A stretch of DNA of 63,163 nt, filler included, from Vannella sp. (lineage: Eukaryota), in NCBI GenBank assembly GCA_023345925.1. It is 4 parts of 4 records of this genome, joined end to end, with 100 filler letters (N's around TTAATTAATTAA, not from the genome) between each part and the next. Parts side by side here need not be neighbours in the genome. Positions count along the whole stretch, not along the records: positions 1 to 17,999 come from JAJQQN010001204.1; 3 more parts are not named here. One strand, written 5' to 3'. Each line of letters opens with the position of its first letter. The stretch's first letter is position 1. The notes under the pieces are model-generated. The model worked only from the letters and a program-made list of their open reading frames with translations, searched no databases and was not told the DNA's origin. Shown piece after piece: positions 1 to 12,964 of this stretch. The position numbers and the translations under genes are program-made.

Positions 1-203
1 TCCTCACTCGCACAATAGGCTGTTCGGTCCACCCATCCCAAGTCCTCCGCTGACCGACCATCCCAGCGGCTCTCAAACAGGCAAGCCGCCAGCTCCTTCA
101 CTGGCAAGTGAGTTTGCAACAACAAAGACTCCTTCCAACGCCCGCTAACTTCCCCCTCCACACCAAAACAAACTCTTTTGCGTGGCGGCTCCTCGTCTGC
201 CAT
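1..203 (-). CDS. 5' end of a hypothetical protein running off the window (MADEEPPRKRVCFGVEGEV...)
   Basis: ATG at 203 on the minus strand opens a frame with no stop to base 1. Basic NLS/RVxF-like PRKRVCF near the N-terminus. No family recognised. Confidence 0.45.
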   Translation of the reverse strand, partial: MADEEPPRKRVCFGVEGEVSGRWKESLLLQTHLPVKELAACLFESRWDGRSAEDLGWVDRTAYCASE

Positions 204-337
204 GCCGGTCCAACAATAAGTGACTTGAAATTGCCCTTCTCTCCTTCATACGATTGCTTCGCCCCTTCTAATGACCGAATGGACCAACAGCGTTCATTAC
301 CACAACCAGGAGAGGACTCCCAGTAAAACGAAAAAGG

Positions 338-2356
338 CTATTGAGCACTTTCAGGCTTCAGGGGCAGGACGTTGCGGAGAAGGCTCTCGAAGTTCGATTT
401 GTGAGCCTGAACGTACGTGTAATGGATGTGGAAAGAATCGTCGTTGAACTGGCGGATGCCACCTTCTATCCCGCGACAGATGCCGCCAGGGCAGACCCAG
501 TCGTCAATGGAGATGATAAAAACGTTTTTCCTTTTCTTGGCCATCGTCAAAGCAATTTTGCGGTAAATCTCCAAGTCGTGGTTGACCTGTGCTTTCGCTT
601 GGCATCGATCCGAAACGTCGTATACCCGGAAGCAATCTCGTTCTTCGTCAGCAGGAACAGGGTGAGAAAAAAGGAAGACAAACGTAGAGTTAGGAAATCC
701 GTTCAAGTAGTACTCCATTCCAACAACGATCAATTCCTCCCATTCAGGTGTTCCGACCTGCGCATAGGGTTCATCAGGATCCGATCCCACTAGCCTCACA
801 TTATTGTACTCAATACTGCGTGTGACCATCACTAAAACACCTGGGTGCTCTGCTGGGTCTTCTGGAATCGGTACAAGTGGACATGGATTGACAACACCGT
901 TGTTCTCAACAGGAGTCAGCTTTTACTCCAAGTGGAACCACGGGCAACGAATTTGTGCATGGAGTATCGCCTGGAATCCGTACTCATTTCCAAGTTGTTG
1001 CCAAACGTCCCCCCACTCTTGTGCAAATGAGTCTCCGACGAGAAGATACTTTCGGTTTTGGGGCTCGATATGAACCTTGGGAGTCCATATTTCACCTGGG
1101 TTTTGAGGTGAAAGTTCAATATGCGAAAAGTCATCTGGTTTCGGTGACAGTTCAAGTTGGGGTGCCAATCCGGAGGAGGGATCATCGACTGGAACTTGGG
1201 TTGGGAAGAAGCCGATGAAGATGATGGAGAAGGCGATTACTGTGGCCAGTAATCCAAGGCCAATAGTCACTGAATCAGATAGTGGAAGCATGTGGACCGG
1301 ACGATCAATCAAGACAAAAGTTAACCAAGCCAAGAAAATTGTGATTAGGACAACTGCAATGATAGACGAAGCGTCTGAATGTATCAAAGAGAGCATCTTC
1401 CCGATTCGAATGACCGGGAAGTGCCAGAGGTAGATGGCGTAAGAGTGCTTTCCCAGAAACTGAAACAAACCACTCTTCAGCAACTTGGCAGGAATGCTGT
1501 CATCGTCAAGTTCCAATCCAATGATGATCATCAAAGTAAAGAACGTGCAGAGAAGTCCTGCATTTGTTGGATCCACAGGCATCAACTCGGTGGACACTAG
1601 AATCACACCCAACAGTCCCCCAAAGCAGAGGCCAAAGCCCTGCGCTTTAAGGGGCTTCGTCACTCGAGGTGGCAAAGAGCCGGCTTCTAACATGTCAACG
1701 GTCGCCTTCAGCACCACACCCAAAAACGCTCCTGAGAGGAGTTGGTAGATCCTCATTGGGGTGGCATAGTATCTTTGCTCTATAGAGAGCCCGCTGTTCA
1801 AGTATTGAAGCCCAAGAGACACAAAGAAGGCAAGCAAACAACCCCGCGCAGCCAAGGTGATGTTGAAGGAGTTCCAAGCAAGGAGAGAGACAATAACAAA
1901 CGGCCAAAACATGTAGAACTGTTCTTCAACCGCGAGGGACCAGTAGTGAAGGACAGGGCTGTCTCCAACAGCTTGAGAGAAGTAGTTGTGTTCCTTCAAC
2001 ACAAGGTACCAGTTCTCGATGTAAGAAGCACCAGCAAGGAAAGCGTTCCTATGTTCCATGATCAGGGCTGCAGACGCGACGCTGCGGTAACACCACGCAG
2101 TGACAACCAGCACGAACAAAGAAGATGGCAAGAGCCTCTTCGTACGACGTGCGTAGAACCGACTGTAAGAGAACGCCTTCGAAGAGATCGTCTCATGGAT
2201 GATAATCGAGGTGATCAGAAACCCAGACAAGACGAAGAAGCCATCCACCCCTACGAAGCCTTGTTTGAACCACGACGCATTCAGATGAAACAACACCACC
2301 TGAATGGAGAACACTCCACGCATACCATCAAGCGCCTCTCTCCGTGCAAACGGCAT
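338..2356 (-). pseudogene. OafA/OatA-type O-acetyltransferase (Acyltransferase_3 membrane domain + SGNH domain), interrupted by one in-frame TAA at 923-925
   Basis: AT3 motifs (LDGMRG, GFVGVDGFFVLSGFLIT, FYARRTKRLLP, HYWSLAVEEQFY, SYAIYLWHFPV) are followed by SGNH motifs (LLVGDSFA; CPGGIC...DDSFH). ORFs 923-2482 and 338-832 are in the same frame, separated only by the stop. No introns. Could be an intact gene with a base error. Confidence 0.85.
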
Positions 2357-2806
2357 CAGATGCGAGACGAAGGCACGAAGAGAATGAGTAAGGGAACAAC
2401 CAACATGGCAGGTCGTGATTGGTTCGATATTTATCTCACCCAAAAAAGGATACCCCGATCGGACTTCCGATCCTTTGTTCATTTAATGTTTGTCTCTTGA
2501 TGAATGAGGACGAGAAATTCATTGCTCTCAAATTTTGGCCTCTGAAAGAGGTTAGCCGAAAGTCGTTTCGCTGCACAAACTTAGAAGAGCTACCTAAGCT
2601 AAGGGGGCCTTTGAGTGCTTACTACAAGCAATGAACATCATCCTCCATTAACACTCTTCCTTTGGTCCTCTGATTGTCCCCTCACATCAGTCGAAGACCC
2701 CGTCCACATATTCAACTGCTCATCAACAGCGACGTCCTCTAATTCTCCAAGCCTGGTTGCTATGCATGATCTGTTTATAGAGCAAAGGAATAGGACCATG
2801 GAAAGC

Positions 2807-5800
2807 TTAAAGATAGTCTTCGATCTTCTCATCGCCCAAGAACTCGTCCACTTGGCCAATGATCTCTTGGCAAAGTGCCTCGACGTCCTCGTTACTGTCT
2901 TCGATCAGCTCCGCGATGAAAGGAATGGATTCAGGGAGCATGGGAAGGAACTCTTCACCCAATTGGCGATAGAACTCTTGAATCACGAGCAAGGCAGCGT
3001 AGCGCACTTTAGGGCTTTCATCGCGAGTTTGTGTGAGAACAGCGTTCTGCAAAGGCTTCCAAAGGAGTTGATTGTGCGTGGTCATAGCTAACTGGCCCAA
3101 TGCAAAGACAAGAGAAGGCACAATAACATCGTAGTCCAAGTGAGGGTGCTTGTGATAGGCCAAAGTGGACACAAGTGGCCCAAGAAGCATATCAAAGCGC
3201 TCTTTGGTGACAAATTTGACCTCATTGTACTCAAAGCACTGACCTAACGCATGAATACTACTCTGAACAGCTTCTGTCACAATTGGCAGCGGTGCAAGCG
3301 GTTGCAAGGGCTGCTTATCATCTGTAGAGCGGAGAATGCTGTCAGGGTTGCGCAATAGAGTGACGATATCATCCAGCAAGTAGGCAAACATAGGAACTAA
3401 CACAACATTGAGAGAAGTGGCCAAACGGTCCACCAGCTTGAAGAAGAAGGCTTTACGGTGCGAAAGGAAGGGCTGTTGCTCCACATTCGACCAGTCCCGT
3501 AGTTTCAAGAAGAGAGGCTTGAAGAGGATCTCATTCAGCTTGAGAACAAAGCTCACGAAAGCCTGAATCATGGCTTCTTCCACTCCCAAACACTTCTTGA
3601 AAGTGAATTTGTCCTGGAGTTTGACGCGAAGGTCAAAAGCATCCACAAAGAACTTGACAATGGGACTGTAGTACTGAGAGATCTTGTTGTTGGTTATCTG
3701 CTGGCAGACAGTTCCCAGAACCTCGAAGAGTTTCCGGTAAGACACGTGAGAGTGTGCAGGGGAGAGGTGCATGGCCTGGAAGGTCTCCACGAGAGAGGAG
3801 ACAATCTTCCTTGTCTTGACCTTCTCCCCAACCAGAAGGAGCAGAGCCGAGCACTTCCTGGCGACCTGAGCATGCTCATGTTGAAGGAGACCAGAGCGGA
3901 AGAGAATGAGCAACATTTGGGTCATGTACGACGACAGGAAGGTGGGCAGGTGATGCAAACATACTTCTAGAGCAGATAAACTGCTCATAGTCAAGAGGAG
4001 GCGGCTCTCCTCTGCTAGAGAGGCATCGCCGTCAAAGGAATGGACCAAGATGTCCAATATCTTCGGGAAGAACTTGGGAAGATGCACAAGAACGTTAGGA
4101 CCAACAGCAATGCAGTTAGTAGCCACGCAAATGATAGCACTGGCTCGGACTTGGTCGTCAGAGCTATCCAGACACGCAATAACGGTTGGGAGGACATCCA
4201 AGAAGGTTTCCGTCGCAAGAGGGCCAAAGTGGCGCGTTAGAATCTCCAGAGAGTACAATGCAGTTTGTTGATTGACGCTAGACTCCCCTTCCCCACCATC
4301 GGCCATGACCACATCCGAAGAGGGTCGGATAAGGGATGCTACCTTCTGAACCAGTTCTGTGAACTTCTCCACATCGTGAGAGTCGAAGACACCTTCGTAC
4401 TCTTCAATCTTCCCATTCAACAAGAGGAGGGAACGGCGACGGATCTGCGGGTCGGAGTGGTTGATCAAGTCAGCAATGAAATGGACGAAAGCGTCGACTT
4501 CCAAGAGCTCGTTCAGTGAATCGATGATGCGGTAGATGTTCTCGACGATAGCTTTGCATTGAGTAGCTTCTTGAGCATCAACCTGGTACTGCATCGCCGA
4601 GACCAAGCGCAACTGGAACATCAGAGACTCAAAGAGAGAGACAAAGGACTGTTGCATCTGCCCTACTGAGGCTGGAGGCAAAGCAAAGGTCTGTTTAAAG
4701 AAGAGAGGAGACTCCAAGTAAGTGCCAATGAACTGACAAGCCATCCCTGCTAAGTTCAAGTAGTCAAATGGCTTCCCATCGCTCGCCGCAGAGTCACTTA
4801 TCTGCTTGATGACCAAGGAGTCTTTTGGCTTATTCTTATAAGCAGTCAGAGATTGGACAATGTGTGCCAATGACGGTAAAGCTTGCAACGGCGAGAACTG
4901 CAAGACCAAGTCCAAGCAGAACTTGGGAATGTAGTTCATATCCTCGTTATCGTATGAATCAGTCAGGAAGCTGTTCTTTGACGCGTGCAATTGCAAGAGG
5001 AACATGAACACAACATGGAAATAAGCCATTCCGAAGCTCTTGACAAAGCTCCCGAAGAGAATCAATCTCCGATGCGAAGGAATGTGGTTGAACGCATCCA
5101 CGAGGACTTTGATGATGGGAATCACTTGGGACTGTTGCTTTTCAGCTATCCTGGGGATGATAGACTGGATAGTCTTATGCAGCACCTGGAAAGTATAGTT
5201 ATCGTCACTGCGGAGGGAAGTATCTCCCATAAAAGTGAAAATGGGCATGGAATACTTCAAAACATCGTCTGGGAACAATCGCGTGACGGCAGAGAGCAAG
5301 AGGAAGGCTTTGTTCTGGGTCTGGGGGCTTCTAGAAGCTTGAATGCAGTGGATAATCTTTCCTACTCGGAAGGTGGAGGCCATTTTAGCGAGCTTTGGTG
5401 CTTGTTGCTTGTCTCCCACTCTGGAGGCGTAGTGATTGACAATGTTTCGAAGGGTGGTGAGAGCAAGTTGTGTCACATACTCAGTGTTGACCTGAGAGCC
5501 GAGTGCATGCGTTCTATCGGAAAGGCAAGTGAGGAGCTGGAAGAGCTTCGGGATTAGTACTCGAGGGGCTCGGTGGTTCTTCTTGGCTTGCAAGAGCTCA
5601 AGAATAAGTGCGATTGAGTCGAGCATGTGGCCATCATCGATATCTTTCTCTGCTTGGCTCACAGAAGAGTGTCTGGACTTCTTCTGGGCCGGTGGAGCAG
5701 CCTCAACCTCGGGAGAGACGAGCATGAGCTGCTCAGCAACAAGGTCAGAGGATAACTCAACCTCTTGAATCACCTGTCGTGCCTTCTCTCGGATGGCAAG

Positions 5801-8800
5801 CTCTCTCACTCTCAGGCAGGCACACATAGTTGAGAATACCTTGCTCTTATGCTCTTCGTTGAAGAGGACGAAGAGTCCAGGGATGATTTGATTCAAAGCG
5901 AGCAAGCTCAAGTGATATACCTGCTCCTTGCCCAAAGTATGCACCTCCAAGATGGCTGGAGAACGGATAGCCTGGTCGAGTGTGGTGTAGACTGATGCCT
6001 GATTGAGTATCTTGGCATCCAGGGTTGGCTGATACATGGCAACCAGCTCTTTAACTGCATTAGCAAAGTGAATCTGGAAAACAGGGAGAGTTTGGTCAAA
6101 CTGTTGAACGCCAGCAGTGCTGGTGAGCTTGTCTAGAAGAGAGTGGCTCTGTGCCAGTTTCTCCGATCCAGAATATCCGCTCAACAGTCGCAAGATACCG
6201 CTTGCAATGGCAGGGTGGATAGCTTCACGAGCATGCGCCATCAAATACGTTAATACTGCTCCATTTTCATCGATAAACTGTGCCATGCGGGGGATAATGG
6301 CGTTGCAGTCCGCGAGAAACACCTTTGCGCTCTCAAGAATGAAGTTGATGAGCTCCTGGAAGGCTTTCGCGGGTAATGCTTTGATTCTTTTGTCTGCCTC
6401 TGGAGTGTAGAAGGGGAAGGAGGGCGCTCTTGTTCCAGACTCTTCTAGGATACGCTTGAGTGTAAAGAGCGAAGAGAGTGTTGCATGGCGGACTTGGCTG
6501 CTTTCGTGGAGAATATTAATAAGCAGAGAAGGGAACAACTGCTGAAGGACCAAAGGCTTGAAGGAAGAGAAAGAGTAGAGCAAAGCGTTGCTCAAATTCA
6601 TGCTGCGAACGTGCTTGGCTACCATAGAAGTAGTTGGCTGAGCGCCATTCATCCAAAAGGTACTCAAATACCGGAACGCAAGGAAGCCAGGCTGGTTGGT
6701 AACAAAGGCCTGGAAGTAAGCAGAGACTAGAGAAGGAATGGGGACGGAAAGAAGGATTTCCAAAAGACGGCAAGTCAAACTAGCAAGACTCTCTCCACTT
6801 TCTGTGGAGCCGATCACAATCTTGTCCATCTGCAAAAAGCTATCCTTTCCCCTTGGGAGGCCTTTCATCAGCGTGAAAAGTGTAAAAGAGTTGATGTGTC
6901 TGGCGCTATCTCCAACATGGCCAGCAGTCAATGCTTTCACAACAGTCGCTTCACTAGAAGGCGCTGCAAAGGTTCTGTACTTCTTCTTGCGGTAATAAGC
7001 CTGGATGGAAGTGACCATTACAGCTGCCAGACGGATCTGCATTGGCTCAGAGGCAGTCTCGTAACTCTTAGAGAAAAGGAAACGAATCAAATCACTCGTT
7101 CCAAGAGCTCCTTCAAAGAGCTGAAGTGCCTCATTGAAAACCTGGCCCTTCAGATTCTTAGTGAATTGGTCTACAATACTCTGATTGCATTTCAGGCGCT
7201 CTTCCGAGCTTTCTGACTTCAAGTTGGTGGCAAGCTTTGAGAACCCAGCGAATAGCCGAGCATGAAGAGTTTGGAGCGCTGAGAGTACCTTCTTTTGAAG
7301 GTCTGCGTTGCGGGTAGGCACCCATGCACATCGGATAGTGAGGAATCTTGTAACTTCCACAGAGAAAGAAGGGTGACTCTTCACCAAGGGCCCACACATC
7401 ACATCCAGAACCGCGTTTCCTCCCCGATTATGATCGAAAAGGTAACTTAGGGACGCAAAAAGCGTTGCAGGGTCACTCAGCTCAAGCAAATCAGGTGCAC
7501 CTAGCACAGCAGTGATGATGTCCACACTATCATCGTGAAGAAGGTCCAAAAGTGTCTGGGAATAGAACACTTTGAGGCGAGATTGGTCTTCCTCTGGCAT
7601 CTTACTGGACAAGTTGTACTGGCTAATCAACACTTGCAATGCCTGCAGCCTAATAGAGGGGTTGACGTGCTTCAGGGAGAAGTAAAGCGTCGTTCCAGAG
7701 TCTGCAAGGGGTTTGTGGCGAACGTCCTTCACTCGCATGGAGGACAGAGTGAGGAGCATCTTCGCAGCAGCCTTCTTGTTCTCTTCAGAGAGAGTCTTGA
7801 TCAGCTGGAACTGATGGGAGAGCGCTTGATTGAACTGATCAGAGTAGCGGACCTCAATCAGACCGAGAATGCTCTCAGCTTGCACGTGGCAGTCTTTCGG
7901 CAGTTCAGCATTGAGATAGCGAGCCAAAGCCACGCCAGCAATCCGATCTGCTATGAAACCGAGCCCCTTATAGCCTGAGATCAGTCCTTCTAGGAGATCG
8001 CGGGTCTTTTGCTTGTCAAGCTGAGTAAGGAGGCCCTCTACAACGAGCTTAATGAAAGGATTGCACTCATACTTGTCCGAGATGTCAGTGAGATGAGAGA
8101 TCAAGCCTTCTACGCCCATCAGAGCTCTCATAAAGTCTTTGGAGAAGGAAAGGATCTGCTGTGTTTGGCAAAGGTACACGATCACAGTCAGAGCGCCCAC
8201 AGGAACAGCACTGGAGTTGGTTAGGATGTTGATGAGCAAGGATTCAATCAAAACAGTCGAGAAAGTCGTCTTGGAAGACAACAGCGACACGATCATGTAC
8301 GAGGCAGTCTGGAACGCGGATCGCTTCTTGTACTGAATGCCGTGCATGAGATGAGGTAACACTGTGGCAACGAACTTCTCATGAAGAGTGGGGAGCGTCT
8401 CGATTGCCTCAAGAACAACGACAGAGTAGAACACCAGAGCGGTGGAGAAGTTCTCGCACGTCTCGACTGTCTTTCGGCAGTGATCAGCGATAAAGTTCAA
8501 TAGTCCGTGGTCTTTGATGCACTGTCCAACGATCATTGAGCGTCCCACACCTTCCTCACTCTCCTTCTGGACGTTCTTGAGGAACTCCCAACGAGTTTTG
8601 CTGTTCGCAGCGATATCAGGACTTGATGCTCTTGTAAACGAGTGAAGGCTTACTCTAGTTGGAGTGTGCGAAGGATACGAGTGAACAAGTGAGTCGCATG
8701 AAACGGTAAGGCTGCGGCCATCACGGCGTCAACGTTGTACACTTGTACACTGCCTGGAATCAGTCAAACGCTCACCAGAGCATCATAGTACTTACTGGTA

Positions 8801-9151
8801 ACGACGGAGGAGGTACTCGAAGGCCTTCTGAGCGGATTTGAGGAGAAAGTAAGGCGACAAGAGGGTCAAGAAGGTGTTCAGAGCGACATCAAGCTTCTTG
8901 TTCTCCTCCTTCGTCTGCAATTGCCGATTGAACTGTACGCTCGACTTGCTAAACAATGTCTGCTCGTACGGCGCGAACTGCTCGTTGGTACGGACAAGGT
9001 CGAGGAAGCCATTCAAGCCGATACTGAAGACGGTCTGTGTCGTTACCTGCTGGACCTCCACCGCATCAAACAAGATAGAAGCTTTCCTCAACTCTGCTAC
9101 TCGCGTAGTCTGCCCTGCCAAGGAGGCCAGCTGCTGCTGCAGAGAAGTCAT
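2807..9151 (-). CDS. HEATR1: HEAT repeat-containing protein 1 / U3 snoRNP protein UTP10
   Basis: N-terminus MTSLQQQLA...ASILFD...LSPYFLLKSAQKAFEYLLRRY and BP28CT C-terminus (LKLNEILFKPLF; LPESIPFIAELIED). Two short GT-AG introns near 8750-8795 and 8603-8655, then one ~5.8-kb exon. Confidence 0.95.
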
Positions 9152-9229
9152 CACGATCGGTGGTGGATCAGACGAGGGGACGAGAAAAAGCTTCCAAACC
9201 CCTTTTCTTTGAGCTTGTACACTTCATAT

Positions 9230-10482
9230 TTAGCTTTCTAACGAGTAATCATCGTATGGTTTGATCTGGAAGGAGCCAGCACTGTCCAGGAGCCACTTGG
9301 GCGTGACAATCGCCTCCACTTGAGGGTTGCGAGAGGTGAACTTGGAGACTTCCTCGCTCGTGCGAGGTTCGTTGCAGATGACTGTAATGGGGCCATCAGA
9401 TGCAGAGAGAGATTTGACAAGGGTGGCGCCACCGAGGGAAGCGAGCAGGCTCAGTTCTTTGAGGGAAGGCCCGTTGGACCCGCCAAAGGTCCCCCAAAAG
9501 AAGATTTCTTCCTCATCAAAGAGGCGGTGCTTGGCCTTTCTTCCTCTTTGAGGCCCACCTGGCCCACTGTTTGCATCTCCTTTGAGCTCAAAAGTGTCCT
9601 CCAAGGCCCATCCGGATGTTGAATTCTCGATCCCTGTCCGTTTGTGAGAGGGATTCAGGCCTCTCGAAGGCACTTACACTCGTAGTCCACTATCCAGCAG
9701 CCCTGAAGAATACCTTGAAGATATTTGAGAGTTCGGGTGTTCCCTATTCCCCGATTATTGGATCGTGTGACCACATGTGTGACTGCTGGGGATATGGAAT
9801 TGACTATTTTGCCTCCAAATTCTTCACACCGTACTTGGACCCTCTTCTTGTACTCGTCGCATAGGCTAGTGCAGAGAATGATAGGTCGAACACAGGAGGA
9901 TAGGGCCAGCTTCGGTGGAGGAGGGGGAATCTGGGGCTTCTCCTGGTATTTGGCACGCTTGGCTTGCACCATTTCTTTTTCTACACTCAAATTCATCTCT
10001 GCAGACCGACTCCGCTTGTTGTTGACGGAAGGGTTGACAAAGCTTGGGCTGATGTTCTCTTTTGAAGTGTCTGAGGTTCCCTGCGGTTCAGAAGGGAGTA
10101 TTGAGGATCCTTTCATGCGATTTGAAACCTCTCGAATCCCCTTGTATGCCCTCACGATGTTCTGGAGCGTCGAGTTCTTCAAGATGGACCGTGGGATGAC
10201 CGGGATTCGACAGAGAGGACATTGAGACTTGCCCTTCATACACTGACCGATACACTCTCTATTACAAGTAAGAGACCTGACAAAAGGAACGTGCGAAAAC
10301 AGGAAGCCCTTACTCGCAGAACTGGTGAGAACAGGGAAGGTAAACAGGGTCATCAAAGCAATCCAAACTACTCCATGTGAGACAGTCAAACAGAGCCGGA
10401 TCCGTTGTACGCACCAAATGGGGCACTGGAGCTCTTTGGCCATCGCGTCTAGGTGCTTGCAGAGATGCGCATCATGTTCCAT
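9230..10482 (-). CDS. Compact BRCA1/BARD1-family protein (C3HC4 RING + tandem BRCT), ~368 aa
   Basis: Removing three GT-AG introns (47, 55, 44 nt) gives the RING [28 protein letters not shown]...CPLCR, BRCT1 (THVVT..RTLKYLQGILQGCWIVDYEW), a GGPQRGR..RLF linker and BRCT2 (IVTPKWLLDS). Confidence 0.85.
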
Positions 10483-10506
10483 CCCAACAAAAAAATGAGA
10501 AAATGA

Positions 10507-10551
10507 GCGGGAAAGTCGTGCACAACTGGAAATACCTGGAAAAATTTCAAA
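10507..10551 (-). promoter_or_regulatory. E2F-type TTTCCCGC plus CHR-like TTTGAA upstream of the BRCA1-like gene
   Basis: GCGGGAAA at 10507-10514 and TTCAAA at 10546-10551 on the plus strand. Confidence 0.45.
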
Positions 10552-10645
10552 ATGGGAGACGAAATTTTGGATGCCCAATGTTCAATCTCCATTTGTTTAA
10601 AAGTGCAAATCAGCATTTTGGATTTAAAACGAAGGTCATTTTGCG

Positions 10646-12737
10646 ATGTCTCTTCAGAGGAACAAGTCGGCTGCCTCGCTGAAGAGCCTTCCTCCTCCTT
10701 TGAGCCTCCTGTCTCGGGGTACTTCTGGAGACATACAGACTCCGGAGGAACCAGAAGAGAGAGTAAGATCCCAAACAACAGACCTGGGCACAAGTTGGCA
10801 TGCTGTGAGAAAGAGAGAGGATGATGAAAACTCCTTCCGAAGGACTGCTAGTGCGATGGAGTTGGGTAACGCTCGTCCAGACCGGTCTTCTTCCCATAGT
10901 GAATCGTCAATCTACAGTCCAAGCAACCTTGGCTCCAACTCTAGTCCCAGTGCCGTGCAGGTTCCTGTTGCTCGTACTGTTACGGGGGAGGTGAGGCGAA
11001 CAAAGACCTTCCGTACCCTTTCTCGTCTTCGAGGAAAGAAGAAGGAAAGCACTGCTTCTCTCTACTCTGAAGACAGAGGAGATGACGCTGGAGAGGAGCC
11101 CGGGAGCGAGTACTGCTCCGAGAAGCAAGCAGAACGCGAAGATATACAATTGAAAGTCAACAAAGCTGATGCAGAGGCCGTAGATGACGGAACAGATTAT
11201 GGAGATGCTCTCTTCTACGTTCCAAATGTACCAAGAGTGATACAACTTGCAGGGAGGGACCACTACTACCAACTCCGCTCTGCTACCAAGAACAAGCTCG
11301 TCGAGAGAGTCACCTCGCTGATACCAGCGTATGTAGAAGAATGTACGTTTCTCCATTTAAGCAAAGCCTTTGCTCACCTCTTCATAGACGACCAGTTCCT
11401 CAAAGTGTTCTTCATGACCTATCGTTCCTTCATGACGCCCATGGAGCTTCTGAAGCTCATCATTCGACGATACGAAGGCCCTGAAGAGTTTATAGATGAC
11501 CCTGAGACTTGGGTGATGTATGTATTGGCCGTAATAGCTGAGCGCCCTTCTCTTACGTTGCTCGGGGGAATAGAACCTTCTCCTCAGTAAGGAGGGGCGT
11601 TTGCTTCTGCATCTCTCGCTGGATTAGCGAGCATTACCGTGACTTCAGCTTCAATCCCCAGTTGAAGAAGCGCCTGGACATGTTCATTACCCAAGCCAAG
11701 GAGACCGTTCTTCCTGAGAGTAAGCACGACATGGTTGATTACATGGCCAAGGTAGTCAAGGATAAGAACGAGAAGGGAACGTACACCTCCTTTTTCGAGA
11801 TTATCGTGGACAAGGACAGTTGCCCGCCTTCGATTGTGCCCAAGTCGTGGGCGAGTGTTACCTTCATGGATCTAGACGAGCTGGAGATTGCACGCCAGCT
11901 TACTATCGAAGAGTACCATCTCTACGCAGAGATCAAACCCGAAGAGTTGCAGGATTTGGCATGGAGCAAGCCCAAACTCAAGCATCGCGCACCCAACGTG
12001 CTCCAGATTACGGAAAGGTTCAATCATATCTCAAATGCATGCGCAGCCCTCGTTATCTCAGAAGAGAGACATAAGAATCGCACCAAACTGCTTGAGAAAC
12101 TCATCCGCATCATGGACCATCTGTATTCCATGAACAGCTTCAACATGCAGATGGCCATTATGTCAGCCTTTGGTCAATCTTCTGTCCACCGGCTGAAATG
12201 GTCTTTCTCTGGCATTAAGCCGAAGTATGCTGAGCTTGCTCAGAAATTCCAAACTCTCTTCAGCTCGGAAGGATCCTCCAAGAACCTACGCCAAGCGCTA
12301 GAAGCTATCCAACCTCCAGCTATCCCTTTCTTGTAAGTAACTCACCTCTGAGGAGCTCATCTGCATCCAAGGAACTCCAAGGACCTTGAGGTGACAACCA
12401 CTGACTCTCCCCAAGCGGTATCTACCTCACAGATCTTACCTTTGTGGACGAGGGTAACCCAGAGTTTGTTGACAACGAGCTCGTCAACTTTAGGAAGAAG
12501 CAGCTTGAGTATGACGTTATCATTCAAGTCCTGAGATTCCAACAATCTCCTTACCAGTTCCACTTGGTAGGCTTCCCGCCGGCTCTTTGTACTCCAACTT
12601 CTAACCAAGCGTTCTCTTAGGTTAATCAAGTGAACCAAATCATCAAGAAGCTCCCTACTATCCCTGATAAGGAATTGTATGCTCGCTCCCTGGTTATTGA
12701 GCCTCGTAGTACCACCAACAAGAAGGAACTCAAATGA
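10646..12737 (+). CDS. Ras guanine nucleotide exchange factor (REM + CDC25 domain)
   Basis: REM motifs (SATKNKLVE; FFMTYRSFMTPMELL) and CDC25 motifs (ELEIARQLT, APNV, NSFN, spliced GIYLTDLTFVDEGNP...LVNFRK...SLVIEPR). Four GT-AG introns. TGA ends at 12737. Confidence 0.93.
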
Positions 12738-12964
12738 GTGATGCGCCATGTGAACGCGGTTTATATATCATGTACCAATAAACTGGTTGAATCTCCACAC
12801 CTCTCAAGACCTCCCGCCCAGAGCAGTCGTTACAAAGACAGTTTTGGCTCTGAACCACTTCCTCTGGCCAAGTGAGTGAGAACTCTTCCCAATCATCTCG
12901 AGAAGCGGCATTCTTGCCGTACTTGTTGAATAAAGGGGGTTTATCGCCCTTCTAAGGCATTTCG

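Noticed and set aside
923..925. Stop-codon reassignment suggested by the in-frame TAA
   Set aside because: TAA, TAG and TGA all end conserved genes at expected positions, and multi-kb exons have no internal stops.
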